Origin: Candidatus Nealsonbacteria bacterium
GTDB lineage: Bacteria; Patescibacteriota; Minisyncoccia; Minisyncoccales; CAZKCU01
Reading direction: 5' to 3'
NCBI GenBank assembly: GCA_047456305.1
Contig: CP179888.1
Span: 573,307 to 637,306 of the forward strand
Length of the DNA stretch: 64,000 nucleotides
A model generated the notes under the pieces. The model saw nothing but the letters and a program-made list of their open reading frames with translations. It was not told the origin of the DNA and searched no databases. Positions 52,664 to 60,437 of this stretch are shown in pieces (position 1 is the first letter of the stretch; the number at the start of each line of letters is the position of its first letter). The position numbers and the translations under genes were made by a program.

Positions 52664-53341
52664 ATGAGACATCGGACTTTTATTGCCATAAATCTGCCGG
52701 AAGAAATAAAAAAGAAACTTTCAGAATATGAGGGAAAATGGCCAGAGCTTCCTATAAGATGGACAAAGGAAGAGAATCTCCATATTACTTTAATTTTTCT
52801 TGGTTATCTTTCAGACGAAGAACTTTTGGAAATTTGTAAAATTACCAAAGAAGTGGCCTCAAGAAATCAATCTTTTTCAATAAATTTAAATAAAATTTGT
52901 TATGGCCCTAGGACGGGGCCTCCCGCTACGCGGGAAGGCCTCGCGTCCCGACCCAAAAAGATGTTGCCACGGTCAATGAGCCCTTCGGGCTCATTTCCCC
53001 GTTCGTCCCACTTCTCAATTGAGAGTAGGACTCCGAGGATGATTTGGGTTAATGGAGAAAAATCTCGAGAATTTACTGCTTTAAAAGATGATATAGAAAA
53101 ATCTTTAGGTACTTCAGAAAGAGTAAGTTTTTCTCCGGAAAAGCGAGTTTTCTCGCCTCATATCACTCTGGGGAGAATCAGAGCCTGGGAATTTCGCCAA
53201 ATTGAACCTGAAGAAAGGCCAGAAGTTGATGAAGATATTGACTTAAGTTTTGAAGTAAGTTCAATTGAAGCTATGGAAAGCCAACTAAAAAGAGGAGGAC
53301 CTAATTACACGGTGCTGGAATCAGCACCGTTAAAATCCTAG
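52664..53341 (+). CDS. thpR: RNA 2',3'-cyclic phosphodiesterase / 2'-5' RNA ligase family (2H), carrying a ~45-aa insert
   Basis: Two HxT motifs: HITLIFLG and HITLGRI. Confidence 0.75.
   Translation: MRHRTFIAINLPEEIKKKLSEYEGKWPELPIRWTKEENLHITLIFLGYLSDEELLEICKITKEVASRNQSFSINLNKICYGPRTGPPATREGLASRPKKMLPRSMSPSGSFPRSSHFSIESRTPRMIWVNGEKSREFTALKDDIEKSLGTSERVSFSPEKRVFSPHITLGRIRAWEFRQIEPEERPEVDEDIDLSFEVSSIEAMESQLKRGGPNYTVLESAPLKS
52906..53036. repeat. ~131-nt GC-rich composite palindromic element, in-frame in thpR
   Basis: GGACGGGGCCTCCCGC-tac-GCGGGAAGGCCTCGCGTCC and GAGCCC-ttc-GGGCTC hairpins. Encodes RTGPPATREGLASRPKKMLPRSMSPSGSFPRSSHFSIESRTPR. Confidence 0.75.
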
Positions 53342-53353
53342 TTTCTAAACAAA

Positions 53354-54766
53354 ATGAAGATACATTTTATTGGCATTGGGGGAATTGGTGTTTCCGCCCT
53401 TGCCAAATATTACCTAGAAAAGGGGCACAAAATTAGTGGTTCTGATTTAGTTTCTTCTGAAATTACTGAAGCCCTTAAAAAATTAGGAGCTAAAATTTAT
53501 ATTGGCAAACATAAAGCCAAAAATTTACCAAAAGATACTGATTTGGTAATTCATAGTCTGGCAGTACAACCAAACAACCCCGAACTTATTGGTGGACATC
53601 GGATGTCCACCATATTGAGTTATCCTCAGGCTTTGGGAGAACTGACAAAACAATACTTTACTATCGCTGTTTCTGGAACTCATGGGAAAAGCACAACGAC
53701 AGCGATGATTGGTTTAATTTTAATTAAAGCCGGATTAGACCCTACGGTAATTGTTGGAACAAAACTTAAGGAATTCGGGAATTCCAATTGCAGAGTAGGG
53801 AAGGGTAAATATTTAGTGATTGAGGCTGATGAGTGGCAAGCCTCCTTTTTAAATTATTGGCCCAAAATTATTGTCTTAACTAATATTGAAAAAGAACACT
53901 TAGATTTTTATAAAAATCTAAATCATATTTTAAAAACTTATAAAAAATACATTGGACATTTGCCCAAAGACGGAGTAGTGGTGGCAAATAGTGACGACTT
54001 CAACACCCGAAAAATTATTAAAGATCGCATCTCCAAAGGAGATCCAATTTCCTTATATTGGTTAAATCAAAGAGGAACAAAAAAACTCAAGAAAATTTTG
54101 AAAATTCTTGGAGAGTATAATGTTTATAATGCTTTGGCAGCCTTGACTATTGCTAGAGTTTTAAAAATTCCAGATAAAATCTCTCTCAATGCCCTTTCAA
54201 AATATAAGGGTTCCTGGCGTCGCTTCGAAGAAAAAACTATTAAGCTAAAAGCTAAAAGCTGTAAGCTGATAAGCGATTATGCTCATCACCCGACCGAGAT
54301 AAAAAAGACATTAGAAGCAGCCCGGGAGAAATTCCCGCGAAAAAAAATCTGGTGCATTTTTCAGCCCCATCAATATCAAAGAACTTTTTATTTATTTGAT
54401 GATTTCGTTAAAGTATTCTCAAAAACCCTTCGACAAGCTCAGGGTAAACCTCTTATTGACAAACTAATAATCACTGATATTTATGATGTAGTTGGTAGAG
54501 AAAATAAAAAAATAAAGAAAAAAATAAGCGCAAGAAAACTAATTAAAGCAATTAACAAACCTCAGGCAATTTATGTTTCCACAATTAAAAAAGCAGCTGA
54601 TTATTTAAAGAAAAATCTTCAGGGTAGGGAAGTGGTAATAATTATGGGAGCAGGAGATATTTATAAATTGGGTGAACAATTGAACAATTTTAAATACCCG
54701 AGCCGCAGGCGAAGGGTGAAGAAGAGGACGAAGTCCTCTTCGCCTAGCTTTTATCTATCCACTTGA
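53354..54766 (+). CDS. murC: UDP-N-acetylmuramate--L-alanine ligase
   Basis: IGIGGIGVSALA, GTHGKSTT P-loop. The C-terminal ~25 aa are read from a repeat element. Confidence 0.85.
   Translation: MKIHFIGIGGIGVSALAKYYLEKGHKISGSDLVSSEITEALKKLGAKIYIGKHKAKNLPKDTDLVIHSLAVQPNNPELIGGHRMSTILSYPQALGELTKQYFTIAVSGTHGKSTTTAMIGLILIKAGLDPTVIVGTKLKEFGNSNCRVGKGKYLVIEADEWQASFLNYWPKIIVLTNIEKEHLDFYKNLNHILKTYKKYIGHLPKDGVVVANSDDFNTRKIIKDRISKGDPISLYWLNQRGTKKLKKILKILGEYNVYNALAALTIARVLKIPDKISLNALSKYKGSWRRFEEKTIKLKAKSCKLISDYAHHPTEIKKTLEAAREKFPRKKIWCIFQPHQYQRTFYLFDDFVKVFSKTLRQAQGKPLIDKLIITDIYDVVGRENKKIKKKISARKLIKAINKPQAIYVSTIKKAADYLKKNLQGREVVIIMGAGDIYKLGEQLNNFKYPSRRRRVKKRTKSSSPSFYLST
54697..54744 (-). repeat. GGCGAAGAGGAC...CGGCTCGG palindromic element forming the murC 3' end
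   Basis: The reverse complement GGCGAAGAGGACTTCGTCCTCTTCTTCACCCTTCGCCTGCGGCTCGGG matches 55195-55243. Confidence 0.8.
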
Positions 54767-54936
54767 CAAAGGAAAGGTAAAAAGAGAAAATAAAATAAGA
54801 AGTTTTCTTCTTTAAAAGGTCGCAACAATTAAGACCAAATAGCCAATTCCCAATAACCAATAAAAATAGTACTTAGAGTTTAGAGAATTGGGATTCGATT
54901 AAAAATTGGTGCTTGGGATTGGAATTTTTAACTATT

Positions 54937-55056
54937 ATGACTCTTTTTTGGATAATCGTAGCTATCGTGGTAGTAGGATTAATAATCTGGTTTTTAAAAG
55001 GGAAAAAGAAAAAAGGACCCGGAATTTCAGCACCATCGGGAGGCCCGACAGTTTAA
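54937..55056 (+). CDS. Possible 39-aa single-TM peptide
   Basis: Own translation MTLFWIIVAIVVVGLIIWFLKGKKKKGPGISAPSGGPTV, followed by a terminator. Confidence 0.3.
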   Translation: MTLFWIIVAIVVVGLIIWFLKGKKKKGPGISAPSGGPTV

Positions 55057-55091
55057 ATTCTCAATTCAGAAAGAAAAATTAAAATAAAAAG

Positions 55092-55126
55092 CAGGGGCTG
55101 TTTTAATAGTCCCTGTTTTATTTTTG
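55092..55126 (+). terminator. Rho-independent terminator
   Basis: CAGGGG-ctgttttaatag-TCCCTG followed by TTTTATTTTT. Confidence 0.5.
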
Positions 55127-55194
55127 TAACCAATTGATTCCGGGCGTCTTTTCAAATAATAGAAAATTTACTATAATTAATATAACATAACTTA

Positions 55195-55243
55195 GGCGAA
55201 GAGAACTTTGTTCTCTTCTTCACCCTTCACCTGCGGCTCGGGT
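55195..55243 (+). repeat. GGCGAAGAG...CGGCTCGGG palindromic element abutting the aspS start
   Basis: GAAGAGAAC-ttt-GTTCTCTTC hairpin then TTCACCCTTCACCTGCGGCTCGGGT; the ATG follows immediately. Confidence 0.8.
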
Positions 55244-56644
55244 ATGAAAAGAATTTTAAACAAGCAAACACCTAATTATCTCGGGAAATCAGTCAAGGTC
55301 TGCGGTTGGGTTAAAACTATAAGGTCTCATGGTAAGATTATTTTTATTGATCTTCGCGACAGAAGCGGGATTTTGCAATTAGTCTTTACTCCAGGGACTT
55401 CTTCTTTGTATGCAAGGGCTCAACAATTGAGGCCAGAGTGGGTGATTGCCGCTGTTGGTAAAATCAAAGAAAGACCAAAAGAAATGATAAATCCTAAATT
55501 GGAAACTGGCAAAATAGAACTTCAGCCAGAAAAATTAGAAATTTTTTCTGAGGCAAAAACTCTGCCTTTTTCTATTGATACTCCAGGCTATGAAATAACA
55601 GAAGAAAAGAGGCTAAAATACAGGTATCTTGATTTGAGAAGAGAAAGGATGAGAAAAAATTTACAATGGCGCCAGAAAGTTATTCAGTTTATGAGAGATT
55701 TTCTCCAGAAAGAAGGATTTATAGAAGTGGAAACGCCAATTTTAACCAAATCAACGCCAGAGGGAGCCAGGGATTTCTTGGTTCCATCAAGATTGCAACC
55801 TGGTAAATTTTACGCTCTTCCCCAATCGCCCCAGCAATATAAACAATTATTAATGGTTGCTGGAATAGAAAAATACTTTCAAATAGCCAGATGTTTAAGA
55901 GACGAGGACCCGAGGGCAGATAGACAGGCAGAGCATACCCAATTAGATATTGAAATGGCATTTACTTACCAGGAAGAGATTTTAGATTTAGTTGAGAGAT
56001 TATATGTAGCTTTAACTAAGAAATTATTTCCCGAAAAGAAAATTACTAAAATTCCCTTCCCCAGAATTTCTTATAAAGAGGCGATTAAAAAATACAATTC
56101 TGATAAACCCGATCTACGAAAAAATAAAAAAATTTCAGATGAACTTGCCTTTTGCTTTATTGTTGATTTCCCAATGTTTGAATGGCATAAAAAGGAAAAA
56201 AGGTGGGGAGCAATGCATCATCCTTTTACCAAACCCCAAACCGAGAATATCTCTGAGATTAAAAAGCATCCAGAAAGAATTTTGGCCTACCAATATGACT
56301 TTGTTTTAAACGGCTGTGAAATTGGCGGCGGCAGTCTAAGAACCACTAATTTAGATGTATTAACCGCCGTCTTTGAGGTTTTGGGTCATAAAAAGCAGGA
56401 GATTAGAAAACTGTTTAGTAATTATTTTGAAGCATTTAGTTATGGAGTTCCGCCTCATGGCGGGATTGCTCCAGGTATTGATAGATTTTTGGCCGTTCTC
56501 TTGAAAGAACCCAATATTCGAGAAGTAATGGCTTTCCCTAAAACCGGAGACAACCGAGACCTAATGATGGGTGTTCCGGCCAAAGTAACTGAGAAACAAC
56601 TAAAAGAATTGCATATTAAGATAATAAAACCTAAAGGGCGATGA
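55244..56644 (+). CDS. aspS: Aspartate--tRNA ligase, bacterial-type core lacking the GAD insertion domain
   Basis: OB N-domain; motif 2 CLRDEDPRADRQAEHTQLD; SDKPDLR directly followed by VDFPMFEW...AMHHPFT; motif 3 GGIAPGIDRF. Confidence 0.9.
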   Translation: MKRILNKQTPNYLGKSVKVCGWVKTIRSHGKIIFIDLRDRSGILQLVFTPGTSSLYARAQQLRPEWVIAAVGKIKERPKEMINPKLETGKIELQPEKLEIFSEAKTLPFSIDTPGYEITEEKRLKYRYLDLRRERMRKNLQWRQKVIQFMRDFLQKEGFIEVETPILTKSTPEGARDFLVPSRLQPGKFYALPQSPQQYKQLLMVAGIEKYFQIARCLRDEDPRADRQAEHTQLDIEMAFTYQEEILDLVERLYVALTKKLFPEKKITKIPFPRISYKEAIKKYNSDKPDLRKNKKISDELAFCFIVDFPMFEWHKKEKRWGAMHHPFTKPQTENISEIKKHPERILAYQYDFVLNGCEIGGGSLRTTNLDVLTAVFEVLGHKKQEIRKLFSNYFEAFSYGVPPHGGIAPGIDRFLAVLLKEPNIREVMAFPKTGDNRDLMMGVPAKVTEKQLKELHIKIIKPKGR

Positions 56645-56690
56645 GGACTTTATCCTCATCTTCACCTTCGCTTCCTTCGGAAGCTCGGTA
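56641..56690 (+). repeat. Palindromic element (TTCGCTTCCTTCGGAAGCTCGG subfamily) between aspS and the carboxypeptidase gene
   Basis: ATGAGGAC-ttt-ATCCTCAT hairpin overlaps the aspS stop. Matches the reverse complement of 5396-5440. Confidence 0.75.
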
Positions 56691-56691
56691 A

Positions 56692-57657
56692 ATGAGTAGG
56701 AATCTTAAATTTTTTTTAGTAACTCTTATTTTAAGCTTGCCTTTTTGGTGGGGGATAAATGTTTTAGAAGAAAGATTGGAAAATTTTTTTTATTGGCGAG
56801 AATTAAGTCAAAATGCTCAAATTTTCACTGCTCAAATAAGACTTGAAGAGAAATTAAACGAATTAAAACCTATTCGTCATAGAAATGTGAAAGATTTAGA
56901 GTTAAAAGCAACATCAGTAATTTCAGTTTTCTTAGATAATAAGGGTAAAGAAAAAATTCTTTTTGAAAAAGAAAGTGACAAAATTTTACCGATTGCAAGT
57001 TTAACTAAATTGATGACAGCAAATGTTGTTTTAGAAAACTACGACCTTTCAAAAAAAATTAAAATTTCTGAAAAAGCAGTGGAACAACCAGAAGATCTCG
57101 GAAAATTAGTAGCTGAAAGAATCTTCCCGGTGGAATATCTTCTTTATCCATTACTAATGGAATCAAGTAATGATGCGGCTTTTTCCCTGGCTAATGATTA
57201 TGATGGCATGACAATAGAAAAATTCGTTGCATTGATGAATTCCACGGCTCAAAAGTTAAATCTTAACGATACTTTTTTTGTAAATTCTAGCGGCCTCGAC
57301 CCGGAAGAAAATAAACCTAAAACTAAGATAAATTATTCAACTACAAGCGACTTAGCAAAACTCACTAAAGAATTATTAAAAAAACCCTTAATTTGGGAAA
57401 TTCTCTCTACTCCAAAATATGACTCCTATGGCCCAAAGCTTGTAAATACTAATGAACTTTTAGGAGAAATTCCGGGAATAGTTGGAGGGAAAACCGGCTA
57501 TACCTATGCGGCCGAGGGCTGCATAATTTTGGTGACAATCGCTCCAAAAGACAGTGGTTATTTAGTAAATGTAATTTTAGGAGCAGACGGACAAAACGGC
57601 AGATTTGGCGAAATGGAAAAATTAGTAAATTGGGTTAATATAGCTTATAAGTGGTAA
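56692..57657 (+). CDS. D-alanyl-D-alanine carboxypeptidase (S11, PBP5/6-like)
   Basis: SLTK (SxxK), SSN (SxN), KTGYT (KTG); N-terminal TM. Confidence 0.75.
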   Translation: MSRNLKFFLVTLILSLPFWWGINVLEERLENFFYWRELSQNAQIFTAQIRLEEKLNELKPIRHRNVKDLELKATSVISVFLDNKGKEKILFEKESDKILPIASLTKLMTANVVLENYDLSKKIKISEKAVEQPEDLGKLVAERIFPVEYLLYPLLMESSNDAAFSLANDYDGMTIEKFVALMNSTAQKLNLNDTFFVNSSGLDPEENKPKTKINYSTTSDLAKLTKELLKKPLIWEILSTPKYDSYGPKLVNTNELLGEIPGIVGGKTGYTYAAEGCIILVTIAPKDSGYLVNVILGADGQNGRFGEMEKLVNWVNIAYKW

Positions 57658-57669
57658 TTAAAAAGTGGT

Positions 57670-57695
57670 CTCCAAATTGCTATCGCAATTTGGAG
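57670..57695 (+). promoter_or_regulatory. 11-bp hairpin whose 3' arm contains the mraY Shine-Dalgarno
   Basis: CTCCAAATTGC-tatc-GCAATTTGGAG. GGAG sits 9 nt before ATG 57705; no T-run follows. Confidence 0.4.
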
Positions 57696-57704
57696 TAAGA
57701 AATT

Positions 57705-58778
57705 ATGTCTTTTTACGAAAATCCAGATTTGGCAATAAGCGTTATTAAAATTTTTACCTTAGGTTTTCTGGGATTCATCGTGGCCTTTTTATTGACCCCT
57801 TCCTTAACCCATTTTTTGTACAAACATAAGCTCTGGCGAAAAAAAGTAAGGGATAAATCCTTAGACGGAAGAAAACTTCCTTTTTTTCAAAAATTTCATA
57901 CCGAAGGCGAAACCCAAACTCCCAGATTCGGGGGAATATTAATTTGGGTAACGACCTTAATACTGGCAATTCTATTTTTTGTTCTTTCTAAAACTGACAT
58001 CTGGTGGTTTGAAAAATTAAACTTTTTAAGCCGTTCTCAAACCTGGCTACCTCTTTTGACTTTAGTTGTCGCTTCTTTGTTGGGATTGGCCGATGATATT
58101 TTACAAGTTTTTAGCAAAGGTAAACATATTGATGGAGGCTTATCTCTCAGGTACCGCCTAATTTTAGTCGGATTTATTGGTCTTATTGGCGCCTGGTGGT
58201 TTTTCGCAAAATTGGGCTGGCAAACTATTCATATTCCAGGAATAGGAGATTTTCTAATTGGAGCTTGGTATATTCCTTTTTTTGTCTTCTGTATGATGGC
58301 AACTTACAGTGGGGGAGTAATTGATGGCCTTGATGGCCTATCTGGGGGAACTTTTGCCACAATTTTTGGGGCTTTTGCCATAATTTCACTTTGGCGAGGG
58401 CAAATTGATTTGGCTGCTTTTTGTGCTGTAATTTCAGGAACAATTTTAGCCTTTTTATGGTTTAACATTCCTCCAGCCAGATTTTATATGGGAGAAACTG
58501 GGATGTTGGGTCTTTGCACCTCTTTAACTGTTGTCGCCTTTTTAACTGATTCAGTTTTAGTTTTGCCAATAATTGGATTTTTATTAGTGATTGAATCGGG
58601 ATCAGTGATTTTGCAACTTCTTTCCAAAAAATTTCGCCATAAAAAACTGTTTTTAGCTGCTCCCCTTCATCACCATTTCGAAGCAAAAGGCTGGCCTTCT
58701 TATAAAGTAACAATGAGATTTTGGGTAATTGGAGTGGTTATGGCATTTATCGGGGTAGCTATTCGCCTGTTAGGGTAA
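57705..58778 (+). CDS. mraY: Phospho-N-acetylmuramoyl-pentapeptide transferase
   Basis: Polytopic; GLADDILQV, NIPPARFYMGETG, APLHHHFE. Confidence 0.9.
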   Translation: MSFYENPDLAISVIKIFTLGFLGFIVAFLLTPSLTHFLYKHKLWRKKVRDKSLDGRKLPFFQKFHTEGETQTPRFGGILIWVTTLILAILFFVLSKTDIWWFEKLNFLSRSQTWLPLLTLVVASLLGLADDILQVFSKGKHIDGGLSLRYRLILVGFIGLIGAWWFFAKLGWQTIHIPGIGDFLIGAWYIPFFVFCMMATYSGGVIDGLDGLSGGTFATIFGAFAIISLWRGQIDLAAFCAVISGTILAFLWFNIPPARFYMGETGMLGLCTSLTVVAFLTDSVLVLPIIGFLLVIESGSVILQLLSKKFRHKKLFLAAPLHHHFEAKGWPSYKVTMRFWVIGVVMAFIGVAIRLLG

Positions 58779-58784
58779 AAAAAT

Positions 58785-59651
58785 ATGACAAATCAACGCC
58801 TACCCGGTAAGACAACCGAAGTTGCTCTACCGGGCATAGGTATTTTTGATTCCGGTTTTGGGGGTTTGGATATTCTTAGAGAAATAGTCAGGGTTCTGCC
58901 GGAATATGACTATATTTATCTGGGAGATACAGCCAGAGCGCCTTATGGCAGCCGCTCGCAAGAATTGATTTACAAATTCACCGAGCAAGCGGTTAATTTT
59001 TTATTCAAGCAAAATTGTGGATTGATAGTTTTGGCTTGTAATACTGCTTCAAGCGAGGCGCTGCGGAGAATTCAACAAGAATACCTGCCAAATCATTATC
59101 CGAAAAGAAAAGTTTTAGGTGTTATTATCCCAACAGCCGAGACGGCGGTTAAGCTAACGAAAAACAACCGCATTGGCGTCATTGCCACCGAAGGAACAGT
59201 TGCCTCAGGTGTATTTGAACAAGAACTCAAGAAACTAAATCCAACTATAACTGTTTTTCAAAAGAGCTGTCCTTTGTTGGTGCCGATTGTTGAGACAGGG
59301 CAATATAACTCTGAAATAGCGAAGAACGTCATTAAAAATTATCTCAATCCTTTAATTAAACAAGGCATTGATACTTTAATTTTAGGCTGCACTCACTATG
59401 GTTTACTGGAGGATAAAATTAGAGCAGTTGCCGGAAAGAACATAAATCTTATTTCCGAGGGCAGGATAGTTGCCGATAAATTAAAAGATTATTTAGCGAG
59501 ACATCCCGAGATAGAGAATAAATTTCATAAAAGTTCGGGAATTAAATTTTTAACAACGGATTTAACCAATAAGTTCCAAATTTTAGGCAGCCAGTTCTTC
59601 AGCAAACCAATTAACCCAGAAAAAGTAATTATCGAGGTCAAACCTCAATAA
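58785..59651 (+). CDS. murI: Glutamate racemase
   Basis: GIFDSGFGGL, LACNTAS, LGCTHY. N-terminal 14 aa overlap a GC-rich hairpin (58803-58834). Confidence 0.9.
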   Translation: MTNQRLPGKTTEVALPGIGIFDSGFGGLDILREIVRVLPEYDYIYLGDTARAPYGSRSQELIYKFTEQAVNFLFKQNCGLIVLACNTASSEALRRIQQEYLPNHYPKRKVLGVIIPTAETAVKLTKNNRIGVIATEGTVASGVFEQELKKLNPTITVFQKSCPLLVPIVETGQYNSEIAKNVIKNYLNPLIKQGIDTLILGCTHYGLLEDKIRAVAGKNINLISEGRIVADKLKDYLARHPEIENKFHKSSGIKFLTTDLTNKFQILGSQFFSKPINPEKVIIEVKPQ

Positions 59652-59697
59652 TCCTCTTAGGAAGAGTTCTTACTAAGGAGAGTTGAGAGGAAAAAAT

Positions 59698-59731
59698 AAG
59701 GTCTAACGTCGGGTTTTAGACCTTTACTTTT
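59698..59731 (+). terminator. Terminator after murI
   Basis: AAGGTCTAA-cgtcgggtt-TTAGACCTT followed by a T-rich tract. Confidence 0.5.
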
Positions 59732-59861
59732 GAGATATTTTGAAAAGAAAATATTACCAAGGCATCCTAATTTAGAAAAAGAATCCATTAAAATTTTAAA
59801 TTCCTGGAATAAACAGAATAATTTACCAAAAGAGTTTGAAAAAATATTAAAAGCCTTACTA

Positions 59862-59890
59862 TTGACAAAAATAGAATAATGTGCTATTGT
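59862..59890 (+). promoter_or_regulatory. Sigma70-type promoter of the small gene / RNA unit
   Basis: TTGACA, 17 nt, TGCTATTGT. Confidence 0.45.
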
Positions 59891-59922
59891 TATAGTATAA
59901 GGAATGAAAGGAGGTAAGAAGA

Positions 59923-60135
59923 ATGGACGAGAAAAGGAAAGGCGAGATTGCATACCAGGTTATGAAACTCAATCTCCGAAAAAACGCTTCTTTCAAAGAC
60001 ATTGTCAATGCAACAAGAAATATTGGCAATATAATGAAAGAGCCGGAAATGAAAGGTTTCTCGAAAGATGAGCTTCTGCAGTTCGGGAAGCACATCACAC
60101 AAGAAGTCTTTAAAGAGCTAATGGCGAGGGTATAA
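59923..60135 (+). CDS. Hypothetical 70-aa protein
   Basis: Strong SD AAAGGAGG 8 nt upstream; plausible helical sequence. Confidence 0.4.
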   Translation: MDEKRKGEIAYQVMKLNLRKNASFKDIVNATRNIGNIMKEPEMKGFSKDELLQFGKHITQEVFKELMARV

Positions 60136-60139
60136 TCTC

Positions 60140-60410
60140 ACATCAGGGAGAAGGCAAGGTTGAACCGTAAGGTTCCTAAAAGGGTAATTATACTTCTTTT
60201 GTGGAGTACCACAAAACAAAGACAGAACAAGAACCTTTCCTCCCTTCTTCCCACATTCAAATTAAATCGTAGCTTTATCGAGCTTCGGCTCGAGACAGCT
60301 CGATCCGCTTGGAGAGGTAAGGAAGAATCTTTCCAGATGACGTGAACCATTTTAAAAGTTCACTCTCTGAAATCGAAAGATTTTCTCCTTCCTCTCCCCT
60401 TTTTTTTGGT
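60140..60410 (+). ncRNA. Candidate structured RNA / structured 3' UTR ending in a long terminator helix
   Basis: Hairpins GAACC-GTAA-GGTTC, GTGG-agta-CCAC, CGAGC-TTCG-GCTCG, GTGAAC-cattttaaaa-GTTCAC. Outer helix GGAGAGGTAAGGAAGAATCTTTC / GAAAGATTTTCTCCTTCCTCTCC then T8. Confidence 0.35.
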
Positions 60411-60437
60411 TTAAATTTGTGATATCCTATAATTAGA

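Noticed and set aside
55195-55243. T-box or other riboswitch leader upstream of aspS
   Set aside because: The leader is only ~60 nt and lacks a T-box consensus or specifier architecture. The hairpin belongs to the dispersed palindromic element family.
59731-59880. 49-codon TTG-initiated ORF (MRYFEKKILPRHPNLEKESIKILNSWNKQNNLPKEFEKILKALLLTKIE) as a gene
   Set aside because: It looks protein-like, but it has no SD or promoter and runs into the downstream promoter. Most likely a gene remnant, so it is mentioned in the insert finding rather than called as a feature.
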